In this document: one piece after another, positions 17,248 to 27,547 of the stretch
Position numbering within the stretch: the stretch's first letter is position 1
Layout: every line of letters starts with the position of its first letter
IMG/VR virus record: IMGVR_UViG_3300020442_000007
Coordinates: 64,001-128,000 of that record
DNA from: a virus
DNA length: 64,000 nucleotides
Reading direction: 5' to 3' (one strand)
Notes under the pieces: generated by a model
Database searches by the model: none
What the model saw: the letters and a program-made list of their open reading frames with translations, nothing else
Told to the model about the DNA's origin: nothing
Translations under genes and position numbers: made by a program

Positions 17248-17976
17248 ATGAATTATTACTTAATTGTAGGCTTTGGATTTGGTGAAATACGAACTATTGC
17301 AACTAAATTAACTGAAAAGCTATCTGCAAAATATGGCGAAAAAACTGTGCTTAGAGAACAATGGGGCGTACTAAGAGCATGGCGACATAATGATGAGCAA
17401 AATGGTATTAATAATTTTATTATGCCAGCAGGTTTAAGTGGTTTAGCTAGATTTGGTGATAGATTAGCCAAAAATATAACTGATGATACACAACACATTG
17501 TATTACATGGTCCAGGTGTTCTTTTAAATTACGAAAAATTATCTAATATTTTAGCAAGTAATAAAACTGATAGTGTAGATCATGTTAAATTAACCGTAGA
17601 TTCAACCGTTACAACTTATCTAGTCAAGACTACAGAAAACTCAGCAACAATGGCAAATCGTTTACAAACTCAATGGGATACGACTGTTGGTGATATGGTA
17701 CATAGTGGTACAGGAATTGTTAATCCTACAGCTGAACAAATACAAGCATCTAAAGATGCATACTACAAATGGTGTACAAACTATGCTAATACAGCCGCTA
17801 CAATGTTTGGAGATTATGATGAAGAAGCATGGCAACCATGGGGTGGTTGGCAAGATGATTTATCGCCTACTTCAGTTGGTGTAGGAATAACAGACGTCAA
17901 CACTTTTACTAGAAAAGACGGAACAATTTCTAAATTTACACCACATAGTCATCAAATATATTGGACTACACCTTAA
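17248..17976 (+). CDS. hypothetical protein
   Basis: 242-aa ORF with SD GGAG; no recognised family. Confidence 0.65.
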   Translation: MNYYLIVGFGFGEIRTIATKLTEKLSAKYGEKTVLREQWGVLRAWRHNDEQNGINNFIMPAGLSGLARFGDRLAKNITDDTQHIVLHGPGVLLNYEKLSNILASNKTDSVDHVKLTVDSTVTTYLVKTTENSATMANRLQTQWDTTVGDMVHSGTGIVNPTAEQIQASKDAYYKWCTNYANTAATMFGDYDEEAWQPWGGWQDDLSPTSVGVGITDVNTFTRKDGTISKFTPHSHQIYWTTP

Positions 17977-17977
17977 T

Positions 17978-18619
17978 TTATTTGATACCAATTTTCATAA
18001 ATCTAATATAACCGCCTTGATCTGTGAGATCAAGTTCTCCTTCGTAAAGTGTTTCTGACATATGTACACTTTCACTAAATTCTTTAAGACTTTTACTACA
18101 ATTTACGTGTTCTTCTAATTTTGTAAAATTATTACTCTGCAAAATTACCAGCTTGTCTTTAGGAATATTTGAGTACCAATCACTGAAGTTAGCAATATGT
18201 TCACAACTTGTGTTTATAATAGTATCTGGCATATCAGTTAATGTAACAAACTTTTTATCATATGTTAAAGTTTCATAAGTTGTTGGGTATTGCATAGTAT
18301 TAATATCTAACGTTGTTGCTTTAAACTTCCAATTATCAACTACCCAAGGCATATTAAATTTTTCTGCTATTTCTTTACAACTGTCATCCACATCAAAACT
18401 TCTAATTTTTGTTACAAGAACATTAGATTCAAATAACATTGTAGCAAGTGTAGCATACCAACCCGCACATAAAAAAACTATGCCAAGATCAGGACAGTAT
18501 TCTTCTACTTTTTTAACAAGCCATTCTTTACTTTTTAATTGTCCGCCACTAATGCAATCCTTATTAAAATCAGGATTGTCTAAAACATAATATAGACTTT
18601 TAATTAATTGTGATGTCAT
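17978..18619 (-). CDS. class I SAM methyltransferase-like phage protein
   Basis: QLKSKEWL, LCAGWYATL, SFDVD, INTSCEH, LQSNN. Confidence 0.65.
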   Translation of the reverse strand: MTSQLIKSLYYVLDNPDFNKDCISGGQLKSKEWLVKKVEEYCPDLGIVFLCAGWYATLATMLFESNVLVTKIRSFDVDDSCKEIAEKFNMPWVVDNWKFKATTLDINTMQYPTTYETLTYDKKFVTLTDMPDTIINTSCEHIANFSDWYSNIPKDKLVILQSNNFTKLEEHVNCSKSLKEFSESVHMSETLYEGELDLTDQGGYIRFMKIGIK

Positions 18620-19631
18620 TAAACTTTTCTTTTAACCAAACAAAATCGTTAATTTTTTTTAGTTCAGTTGCATTTCCCTTCCATTTTTGACCATATTCTT
18701 TACCAGCGTTAGCACCAGCAATACAATATTCACCAAAAGACTTATTTTTTCCTTTGGTGCACCATTCATTTAATCTTATCTCTGTTTCTTTATCATTTTG
18801 TCCTTGAATTACTTTACTACTGAGTTTTACACATTCTCTAAATGCACTTTTCCAAGTGCTGAATGGATCTGTATTAAATAAAGAAATATTACTTACCTCA
18901 GGCATTGCTTTAAAACGCACACTTATGCTTGTAGTCATATCTGTACTTTCTGTATCTACGTTAAGTGTAAGTTTCCTTGGTAATAATTTTACTCCTCCGT
19001 TGCCATATGTAAGCCTGTTTATAGGATTTTGACTCCTCCATACATGTACAATATTTTGCTCATTAATAGATACTGTCATTTGAAAATCAAAATTATCATT
19101 TATATAAGCATCTCCATCAACAACATAAAACATATCAGATTTACAAAGTTTTGCTGCCTCTATATGAGCTTGATGTATACCAGAAACACCATGTACTCTC
19201 TTAGCCCAAGGCATTTTGTCTAAAAGACGCCTGTAATTTACATCTGCATTAGGTTCATCATAGCTTATAAACACAACATCATACGTTGGTTTAGGTGTAC
19301 TTGCTAATATATCTATTTCTTTCTTGTCTGCGAAAAATCTATATTGTGCTTCTCTAGGATGTACTTCAACTCTTTTAGGGTACAAACAAATGCCATTATA
19401 CTTGTCAGCATTTTTAAATACATGAATTACTTTTTGATCCCATTTTTCAGGTGCATAAGAAAAATCAAAATTATTTTCAACTAGCAAGTCGTCCCATATA
19501 ACCCAAAACATAGTTGTAACTGCTAATTTTTGAGCAGAATCAAAATCTGGAGCATATTTAAGTCCAAAAAATTTATCTTTCAAATCTGTATAATGTTGTG
19601 TCTTTTCACCAACAAAAATTATATCATACAT
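18600..19631 (-). CDS. GT-A (GT2-like) glycosyltransferase with duplicated N-terminal domain
   Basis: DVVFISYDEP, VVDGD (DxD), YGNGGVK, AFRECVKL; paralogue of 27548..28477. Confidence 0.7.
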   Translation of the reverse strand: MYDIIFVGEKTQHYTDLKDKFFGLKYAPDFDSAQKLAVTTMFWVIWDDLLVENNFDFSYAPEKWDQKVIHVFKNADKYNGICLYPKRVEVHPREAQYRFFADKKEIDILASTPKPTYDVVFISYDEPNADVNYRRLLDKMPWAKRVHGVSGIHQAHIEAAKLCKSDMFYVVDGDAYINDNFDFQMTVSINEQNIVHVWRSQNPINRLTYGNGGVKLLPRKLTLNVDTESTDMTTSISVRFKAMPEVSNISLFNTDPFSTWKSAFRECVKLSSKVIQGQNDKETEIRLNEWCTKGKNKSFGEYCIAGANAGKEYGQKWKGNATELKKINDFVWLKEKFNDITIN

Positions 19632-19636
19632 TCTTA

Positions 19637-19665
19637 ATTATATACTTTCTTATGCAAAATGTCAA
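19637..19665 (-). promoter_or_regulatory. consensus sigma70 promoter, probably leaderless
   Basis: Minus strand TTGACA (19665-19660), 17 bp, TATAAT (19642-19637); ATG at 19631. Confidence 0.85.
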
Positions 19666-20825
19666 CCATATCGTATTGCGTCAAATAATTTTAGAAACAT
19701 AGGCATGTGGGACCTTTCTAAGAATTTGGCTTTATTAACTTTAGCAAATTTATTCAACGTTTTCAACGCATTTTTTGTTTCTTCTGATCTACAATTATTT
19801 TTTAACCTTGTTAATTCATGACAAATTAAGTCAGCACGTATACTTACATCTGCATATGTATCATATTTTTCATTTAACAAATCAAAAAAAGTAAAATATC
19901 CTTGCTGATTTAAATATTTCATAGTTTGTTGACATCCAAAAACCATAAATGGCTTTCCCATTACTAGTAACTGCCAAATATCCAGATTAGTGAACAAAGC
20001 GTTTACTTCACTCATGTAAGCCATTCTGTTATTAGGTGCCCAAGGTGTTAAAATTGATATAAGACTATTAGCATGATAATCAATACTATCGTTCTTATGT
20101 ATTATACTACCATGATCATACAATTCGTTTGCCTCTAAAGCAGAATATAGCTGTACACAATTTGGTGCTTGTGGGTATTCTGAAAAATTATGAAATAAAA
20201 GTTTAGGATTGAATTGATCTATGTCAAAATCTAACACAGGCATAGGATCATTTATTGGTTTAAAAAAATTTTTATATTTTACCGTGTCGTTATTGATAAT
20301 TAATCTTGATTCAATTTGCCACCAATCTATAGAATATGACTTATAAGGATCTAATAGCTCTTGGTATGTATTATTCAAATCAGCGGTAACTAAAATAATA
20401 TTTTCCACAGGAACTTTGCATCTCATAAACATTTCTGCCACATGTCTAAGCCTAATTACTTCGTTAGCACCTTGTAATGTTTGCCCTAGCAATAAGACTT
20501 TCATTTTTCCTGCACGTAAATAGTCTAAAGTTTTATGCGGTATATTAATATTGATACCATAAGATACTTCAAATGGGTAGAATATGTCTTCTTTAAATCC
20601 TCTTACAGGATTAAATATATCATCTCCTGTGAATAACTGTATTTCACAATCATTTTTTACCATAGTATAATAAAAACTAGAAATAACTTCTACCATACTG
20701 TCTATGCTGTCTCTATCACCAAACGGATAAGGCCAAGTCTCAGGATGATTATCATGATAAGATGTTATACCGTTAGGAACAGGCCCGCAATCCTTAATAA
20801 CATCATAATAAAAATTAATCGCCAT
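19662..20825 (-). CDS. hypothetical protein with degenerate GT-B (GT10/exostosin-like) C-terminus
   Basis: KPFMVFG..TMKYL..GYFTF..L.EKYD pattern. Confidence 0.5.
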   Translation of the reverse strand: MAINFYYDVIKDCGPVPNGITSYHDNHPETWPYPFGDRDSIDSMVEVISSFYYTMVKNDCEIQLFTGDDIFNPVRGFKEDIFYPFEVSYGININIPHKTLDYLRAGKMKVLLLGQTLQGANEVIRLRHVAEMFMRCKVPVENIILVTADLNNTYQELLDPYKSYSIDWWQIESRLIINNDTVKYKNFFKPINDPMPVLDFDIDQFNPKLLFHNFSEYPQAPNCVQLYSALEANELYDHGSIIHKNDSIDYHANSLISILTPWAPNNRMAYMSEVNALFTNLDIWQLLVMGKPFMVFGCQQTMKYLNQQGYFTFFDLLNEKYDTYADVSIRADLICHELTRLKNNCRSEETKNALKTLNKFAKVNKAKFLERSHMPMFLKLFDAIRYG

Positions 20826-22101
20826 ATTCTTTATACCATTTATTCCATATTTCAGTTAATTTAGGATGAATTTTTGTTACATCTTGATTCCTAATTCTAT
20901 CATAGGTAATTGTTCTTCTTACAAAATGTGTACGCCAATTTTTGTATTTGTCTATTGTTTCTAAATCTACTGGATCTGGTAATTCTAATCTTGCAATAAC
21001 ATGAGGCAAACGACTAATCCTTAATTGTTCATCTGTCAATAGATGTAATCTTGATTTTAATTCTTCTGCTATTTCGATTTTATAACTAAAAGGTATAAGA
21101 TCTATCATTAAATCTATAGGGCCATTTACTGGATTAAACACAATGTTTGTAGATTTGCCATGCTTATACCAATAATCTACTAATTTAGGTAAATCCCATG
21201 CATTGTAAATTTGTGCTGTTGCAAGTAATTGTACTGTGACTGGCATTTTTAAATAATGCTGATATGCTTTATCTAATTCATTCCAGTTTGCTCCATATCT
21301 TATGTAATCGTTTGCATATCCTATACCACACATACTAAATTGCAAGTCAACTTGTCTAAATTTAGGCAAAAGATTTGTTGTTTTACTCTTTAATCTACTG
21401 CCATTGGTAGTAATATCAAGCATTAAATGTGTATTTCCGCTTTCTACACACCATTTTAGTAGTTTATACACGCCTGGCATGAATAACGGTTCGCCGCCTG
21501 CCAGTTTTATAGAAGCCATTTTAGGAATATGTTTTTTTACACTTTCAAAACATACAGGATCGTCAATCCAATCTTGTACATCTTTCCATTCTTCGTTCAT
21601 TATTTCTTGTGTTTCAGGATGTTGTTGCTGTTCTTTAGCAATAGTGCTACTAATTGCACCAAAACACATTCTGCAACCAAAATTACAAAGACGTCCTGGT
21701 CTATAATCCGCCCATGTTGGACCGCCGGTATTATTACCTTTCTCAATATCAAGACGCAAATCTGGATTCTTTTTGAGTCTATATTTTAAATAAACCTCAT
21801 TCAAACTTTCTCTGTCTGAGCCGCCACCTTGTTTATCTTGTTTCCAGCAAGTTGTACAACGTTTTTCAAATTTTCCTTCTAACATTGTCTTACGAACCTC
21901 TTGCATGTCTTCACTTTCCCATACTTCTTGTAAATCATGCCCTTGTACATTTTTTACAATAGGAAAATTATAGTCTGCTAAACAACAAAGATTAACAAAT
22001 CCGTCAGTTGCAATATATTGATGTGTAAAAGGCATGGTACAAAATGCAGGATTATTTTTTATTTGCCATTCTACATTTAAATTATATTTCTTTTCCATCA
22101 C
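20815..22101 (-). CDS. radical SAM protein with N-terminal twitch/SPASM-like domain
   Basis: FC.MPF..DG.V.LCC; CNFGCRMC; AGGEP; TTNG. Confidence 0.9.
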   Translation of the reverse strand: MMEKKYNLNVEWQIKNNPAFCTMPFTHQYIATDGFVNLCCLADYNFPIVKNVQGHDLQEVWESEDMQEVRKTMLEGKFEKRCTTCWKQDKQGGGSDRESLNEVYLKYRLKKNPDLRLDIEKGNNTGGPTWADYRPGRLCNFGCRMCFGAISSTIAKEQQQHPETQEIMNEEWKDVQDWIDDPVCFESVKKHIPKMASIKLAGGEPLFMPGVYKLLKWCVESGNTHLMLDITTNGSRLKSKTTNLLPKFRQVDLQFSMCGIGYANDYIRYGANWNELDKAYQHYLKMPVTVQLLATAQIYNAWDLPKLVDYWYKHGKSTNIVFNPVNGPIDLMIDLIPFSYKIEIAEELKSRLHLLTDEQLRISRLPHVIARLELPDPVDLETIDKYKNWRTHFVRRTITYDRIRNQDVTKIHPKLTEIWNKWYKEYGD

Positions 22102-24340
22102 AATCCTTTATCATTTGTGCAATATCTGACAACGAGTCTTGCCAAGATTCATTTCTTATTTTATCTAATCTCTCCATCCAAGGCCACAAACCTTCATATG
22201 CTACTTCGTCTGGCTCTTTATCCCACATATGTGTTAATATACTTTTGCATCTCTGTTCCACTCTTCTACAAAAAGCAACTTCATCTACATTAGAATCCCA
22301 TCTAGCATACAATCTATCTAGGAAATTTTTGTACTTTTTATCAATGTATTTTTTATATACCACAGGTAAATTTTGTATGTTAAGGACATCAGGTCCATAT
22401 AAATTATGTACAATAATAACTTCTTCAATCCTATTCCAATTTTGCTCCTTCATCCACCATTGCATTTCAGGATAGTGCAAAACGTTTTGTATACTTAATG
22501 TAAGGGTAATACTTGCAATAAGTTTTTCAAATCCATCTTCTCTATCTACACGGCGCATATTTTTTAATACAGTTGAAAACTTTCCTGGATGCCGAATAAA
22601 TTCAAAATGTTTGTTTATCCCATCTATACTCATTCCTAGATTGACTTGCTTAAAATGTTTCCATTGCTTGAATACTGCACTAGGTACTCCTGCCATATTA
22701 GTATTATAGTCTAAAGTAACTTCGTTTGCAGTTCCTTTGTCAATATAGTAATCTAATAATTCTCTATGTTTTAAATTAATTGTTGGTTCGCCGCCTGTAA
22801 AATAATACCTTTTGATAGTATCTAAATTATTCATTATATGTTTCCATAAACTAGAATATGTTTGATCTGGATCAAATAGGTCAGGCACAGTATTTGTACC
22901 GTCTGGTAAAGTTTCAATTTTGACTTTGTTATGTCCTCTATAGTTAAAACGTGTATCTTCAGGATGGAGTTTTACCCAATCGTCGTACCATAAACTGCTA
23001 TCTGTAGGACCACAGCTTCTGCATTTGAGATTACATTTGTTTCCAAATCTTAAGTCCATATATGTAATAGGAAAATCAGTATCTTTAATCGAACCATCTT
23101 TTTCTGTGTTAACTATTGCTTTGTAATAAACATCAGTATACAACTTGCGAGTCCATTGTCTTTTGCTACCTATACCATTAGTCTCCTCGTTAGTACATAG
23201 TTTACATATTTCAGGATCTATACCACTTATCATCTCTTTTCTAATTTGTTTCCATACTGGTGAATTTCTATGTTTAGTGATATCATCTTTGCCGGTCAAA
23301 AGTGTACCATCTTCTTTGTATACAGTTCCAAACGGTGAATTTATCATTTGACAACACATTCTAATGCTTCCGTCAGCATTTGTAGCTAAATGATTCCAGG
23401 GTATAGGGCAAAAAGCATTCCATCTATCTTTATGTACAAGCATGTTTTCCTGTACTGCATCTATGACTTCAGTAGGTTTAATAAGCCTACTTCTTAAATA
23501 AGTTTTAATTCTTTTTCCTTGCGGAGTATCATTATCTACTAAACCTGGCTTACGATAAAGTGCTTCGAGTACTTCTTGATCAGTGTCATGTAAAGCAACA
23601 ATTTCTAAAACATCGTCAGGACAGTCTGGATGTAATATCATTTCTATTCTTTGTTCTGAAGTTCTTACAATATCTAAATCAAATGATATATTATTTGTTT
23701 GTGTTATTTCGCGTTGTACTATGGGTTTGACAAAACCCTGTAAAACTTTATTATTTTTCTTAATCCATTTTTGCACAATTTTTTTAAACTTTTTTGTATC
23801 TAAATTAGGAAAAATTCTTTGTAATTGTACAATAAGACTACCACTAGATTCATGCAATCCATCTATGTTTATAAGATGCATGTTAGCAAAATGATTTTTA
23901 TATTGTTTTAAAGCATCTAAATCTTTTTGAAACTGTCCTACGTGATTTTCAACAAACTTTGTAGGTAAATTTTCTACTTTATTAAGTTTTTGCCAAGCTA
24001 AATTAGTCCAATATTCGAAATTTTTTGTTAAGTGAAATCCAAGAACGGTCATTCTTTGATCCCAATAATTAATTACTTCAGGATCATAGTGATCTTTGTA
24101 CAAATCATGTTTATTTGGATCGTCTTCTCCAACATATTCCCACGGCAAATTTCTATCTCTACAATATCCTATTTTACATTTTGTAAACCATCTGTTTTCT
24201 CCAACGTCTTTTGTAGGTATGGCATTGATTTCAGGTACACATTGGCTCAAAGCGTATGTGATAATTTCTCCGCCGGTGCCGGCTGTATATAATACAAGGT
24301 AATTAACCCTGTTGTTGGAAAAATCTAATTTCATTATCAC
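22082..24340 (-). CDS. fusion: sulfotransferase-fold domain, helical repeat linker, twitch-domain radical SAM
   Basis: YTAGTGGE N-term; HPDCPDDVLE..LHD.D repeat; FCPIPW..CC; CNLKCRSC; TGGEP. Start may be ATG 24334. Confidence 0.85.
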   Translation of the reverse strand: MIMKLDFSNNRVNYLVLYTAGTGGEIITYALSQCVPEINAIPTKDVGENRWFTKCKIGYCRDRNLPWEYVGEDDPNKHDLYKDHYDPEVINYWDQRMTVLGFHLTKNFEYWTNLAWQKLNKVENLPTKFVENHVGQFQKDLDALKQYKNHFANMHLINIDGLHESSGSLIVQLQRIFPNLDTKKFKKIVQKWIKKNNKVLQGFVKPIVQREITQTNNISFDLDIVRTSEQRIEMILHPDCPDDVLEIVALHDTDQEVLEALYRKPGLVDNDTPQGKRIKTYLRSRLIKPTEVIDAVQENMLVHKDRWNAFCPIPWNHLATNADGSIRMCCQMINSPFGTVYKEDGTLLTGKDDITKHRNSPVWKQIRKEMISGIDPEICKLCTNEETNGIGSKRQWTRKLYTDVYYKAIVNTEKDGSIKDTDFPITYMDLRFGNKCNLKCRSCGPTDSSLWYDDWVKLHPEDTRFNYRGHNKVKIETLPDGTNTVPDLFDPDQTYSSLWKHIMNNLDTIKRYYFTGGEPTINLKHRELLDYYIDKGTANEVTLDYNTNMAGVPSAVFKQWKHFKQVNLGMSIDGINKHFEFIRHPGKFSTVLKNMRRVDREDGFEKLIASITLTLSIQNVLHYPEMQWWMKEQNWNRIEEVIIVHNLYGPDVLNIQNLPVVYKKYIDKKYKNFLDRLYARWDSNVDEVAFCRRVEQRCKSILTHMWDKEPDEVAYEGLWPWMERLDKIRNESWQDSLSDIAQMIKDCDGKEI

Positions 24341-25688
24341 TATATCCTACTAGCTTACCGCTATCATGACCCCTTATAGGTACTAAACTTATTGCTCCTA
24401 TCTGCCTACCATTTGCTCCTAAATCATTTATTCCTAATTTAATAATTTTATCATAAAAACTTTGAGCTCTATCTAACATGCCAGGCGGTGTCATTAATTT
24501 AATTTCTAACCAATGATCATCTGGTACTTTTTTATGCCTTTGAATAATAATTTCACAGTTTTTAATAAACCTTTCTTCATTACCAGGATAAAGATCCATA
24601 CTTCCGAAATGAGCACTCATATTTACACTATTAATATATTTACTTGCTTCAGTCCAGTATTTTGTGCTACGACTACCATTTGTAGTAACAAGGACCCATT
24701 GATTCCTACTTTTTAAATGTTTCAAGATATCTAAAAATTTAGGATTCATTGTAGGCTCACCGCCTCCAAAATTCCATCTTATAGTTTCTCCTTTACTCCA
24801 AGAGTCTATGGCTTTATCTATTGTTTCTATAATTTTTTCATAGTCATGATGTGCTTCTTTATTATTATGCACACTTGGCCAGCAATAATCACAATCATAA
24901 TTACATCTTCTTGTTATATCCCACAAGATTTGATGATTAATTGGAAAATTCATTTCTATACCGACTGGAGTAGTATCAAATGCATTTTGTGGATTTTTTA
25001 CTGGGTCTTGAAAATGGCCTTTATCTTGACCATCATAACCATATCTAGTTACATTTAAATTTTCTAAAGCAGGCTCGTCTTTTGCTTTACTTAAAATTAC
25101 ATCTGCTCCGCAACCACAGCTATCAAAAGGACAACTAGTCCATTGTTTAGGAGTTTCCCAACCTGTAAAAATACTTCCCTGTAATCCCCAAATATCATCA
25201 TTCTTTTCTGCTTTCCATTGCCAAGTAGCAGGATCCTTCATAAATTGTTTATACGGATCATCAAAGAATTGTTTTTCTAATTTTTTAATAAAGGACATTA
25301 GCGTAATATGTTGCTCACAAGTTTCCCAATTTTTTTTTGGCATAGGCCAACCATCTCTTGTATTTTCTTCAATCCATTCTTTGTGCGGATATGCTCCTAT
25401 AAATGATTCTCTATATTCTTTCCATAATCTATCAACTAAATCAGGATCATGATTTGTAAAATTTTTAACTTTTTGTTCATGAACTTTACCGTACTGAGAT
25501 GCACTTGCACAATTTGCAATCCACACATTACCATCATAGTCTATGTATAAACTTCTTACACCTGCACTACATTTCCAATCTTTCCAATGGTTAAGATTAT
25601 TAGCAATAACTTCATCAACACTATACAGACTATACTGATTATTTTTATTGTATATTCTTAATTGCCTATTGCCTGTAGGTTGGTCCAT
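24303..25688 (-). CDS. radical SAM protein, circularly permuted (SPASM-like domain first)
   Basis: CSAG..IDYDG..C and CPFDSCGCGAD precede CNYDCDYC, GGGEP, TTNGSR. Confidence 0.85.
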   Translation of the reverse strand: MDQPTGNRQLRIYNKNNQYSLYSVDEVIANNLNHWKDWKCSAGVRSLYIDYDGNVWIANCASASQYGKVHEQKVKNFTNHDPDLVDRLWKEYRESFIGAYPHKEWIEENTRDGWPMPKKNWETCEQHITLMSFIKKLEKQFFDDPYKQFMKDPATWQWKAEKNDDIWGLQGSIFTGWETPKQWTSCPFDSCGCGADVILSKAKDEPALENLNVTRYGYDGQDKGHFQDPVKNPQNAFDTTPVGIEMNFPINHQILWDITRRCNYDCDYCWPSVHNNKEAHHDYEKIIETIDKAIDSWSKGETIRWNFGGGEPTMNPKFLDILKHLKSRNQWVLVTTNGSRSTKYWTEASKYINSVNMSAHFGSMDLYPGNEERFIKNCEIIIQRHKKVPDDHWLEIKLMTPPGMLDRAQSFYDKIIKLGINDLGANGRQIGAISLVPIRGHDSGKLVGYSDNEIRFFQQQG

Positions 25689-26572
25689 TAGATATACCCG
25701 CCTCGCATAGAGTTATATACAACATTGTTTCTGTTAATGTAATTTGCTAATTCTGGTTTTGCAGTATCTATAGCAAAATCTCTATACAATATTCTCAACT
25801 GTTTAACGATGCGATCTGCTGATTTAGGTAAAGTATCTATATCTAATGTATAATAAGAGTTAAATTTTGATCGTAAATTATCTAACAAATAATCATTTTC
25901 TTTGTATTTTTTTGAAAAACTTGTTATAGAATCTTTTATAGATTTTTTGTGTTCGTATGGTGCTGAATCGTTATTAATAATTTTATGATAAAGAGACCAT
26001 ACGTCATTCAACCAAACCCATTCATATTCCAAACCTATTCTATCTGAAATTTTTTGTGCAATATCATCACTACAACCTATTCTGTATGTTATAAAATTAG
26101 GATCAACAGGAGTTTTTAATTTATGAGCTGTTTTAGCATAATACAATGTAGCAAAATATTCATAGGCATAAGATGAACTAAACTTAATGTGTAAAACATT
26201 TACCTTATCTGCAATAGGCGTCAACAATTTTATTGTAGTGCGATCTACATGATCACGAACAACAAAGTTTTTTGTTAAATCTAAATCATTTGTCAAATAG
26301 TATTCTTCATTTATCCAATTACTTTTATTTTCCCTTTCATGTAGTTGACCTATGAAATGTAATCTGGGAATAATACATTGACATTCATATCTATTGCTAG
26401 GAATATTTAAATTATGGTTCCATTGTATACTATAAGAAGGTACATTATTGAAAGATGCAGTATGATTAGCAACAAGTTGGGTAAGATATTCACCGCATGC
26501 TCCTGATGGATACATAACCACAGTAATTTTTTTTTCGTCTAAAAGTTTGTTTACTAGATCACCTTTATCCAT
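25688..26572 (-). CDS. sulfotransferase-fold hypothetical protein
   Basis: VMYPSGACGEYL loop, NRY, VRDH; resembles the N-terminal domain of 22082..24340. Confidence 0.5.
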   Translation of the reverse strand: MDKGDLVNKLLDEKKITVVMYPSGACGEYLTQLVANHTASFNNVPSYSIQWNHNLNIPSNRYECQCIIPRLHFIGQLHERENKSNWINEEYYLTNDLDLTKNFVVRDHVDRTTIKLLTPIADKVNVLHIKFSSSYAYEYFATLYYAKTAHKLKTPVDPNFITYRIGCSDDIAQKISDRIGLEYEWVWLNDVWSLYHKIINNDSAPYEHKKSIKDSITSFSKKYKENDYLLDNLRSKFNSYYTLDIDTLPKSADRIVKQLRILYRDFAIDTAKPELANYINRNNVVYNSMRGGYI

Positions 26573-27546
26573 TACTTTTCCTTTTTACTCATAATATCAA
26601 AATTACAATGGCAGTAGCTTTTATTACAAATGACTGGTTTTGTTGGCCAAGCAATACTTTCTGGCTCTTTCATATTACCCAATGAGCCTCCAACTCTACA
26701 CCAACCTATCATTACAGTACCGTCAAAATCTACTACGATTTGTTCAACACCGCTATAACATTTCCATCCTTCCCAGTTATTTGTATTATCAGCAATAAAT
26801 CTATGTGCGGCACGATTTTTTGTTTCACCCGTTTTAGAATTAATCATGTCCATACTACCTCTATACAGTTTGAAGTCGTTGTCTCCTGTATACTTAATAT
26901 GTTTGCCAAAATCTTCCCATTGTCTATCTATAATATCTAGCTGTTCTTGTGTATAAGGAAACCTTTCACTTCCAAAATCAATCACTAGTGGTTGTAGAGC
27001 AAGGCTGAAATTTGTTGCTTCTTTTACTAATTTTTTTGTTAATTCTACGCCGTTGTTAAATCTATCAATGTCAGTGTGCATCATTATATTTACATGTGTT
27101 CTACACACCTTGGTCATAATTTTAACAACTTCTAAAAAATGATCAGCTTCTGCACTTTCAGGATGAAAACTTAAACATACATGATCAAAGTTATTTTTAT
27201 TTTTCTCCCACCATCTTATTGTACGACTAGCGTTACTTATAAAGCCTATATCGTGACCTTTAGACTTAATGTATTGGGCACACTTTATAAAGTCTTTCCA
27301 TAGTGTAACCTCTCCACCTGTAAATTCAAAATAAACTTTTCTTGGTGCATAATGTTTTTCACATGCATCAATAAATTTTTTTATAATTTCAAAATCATTC
27401 CATCCATATGAACCATTATTAAGTACAGGAGGGCAGTAACTACAAGAGTAGTTGCAGGTATTACCTAGATTCCAATTGACAACAACCCAATCTTTAGCTT
27501 CCTTGTGATGATGGTCTAAGACATCATACACCATATCAGTTTGCAT
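26572..27546 (-). CDS. radical SAM/SPASM-like protein
   Basis: CNYSCSYC, TGGE, SNASR; C-term CYSG..DFDG..WC..CNKSYCHCNFD. Confidence 0.9.
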   Translation of the reverse strand: MQTDMVYDVLDHHHKEAKDWVVVNWNLGNTCNYSCSYCPPVLNNGSYGWNDFEIIKKFIDACEKHYAPRKVYFEFTGGEVTLWKDFIKCAQYIKSKGHDIGFISNASRTIRWWEKNKNNFDHVCLSFHPESAEADHFLEVVKIMTKVCRTHVNIMMHTDIDRFNNGVELTKKLVKEATNFSLALQPLVIDFGSERFPYTQEQLDIIDRQWEDFGKHIKYTGDNDFKLYRGSMDMINSKTGETKNRAAHRFIADNTNNWEGWKCYSGVEQIVVDFDGTVMIGWCRVGGSLGNMKEPESIAWPTKPVICNKSYCHCNFDIMSKKEK

Positions 27547-27547
27547 A

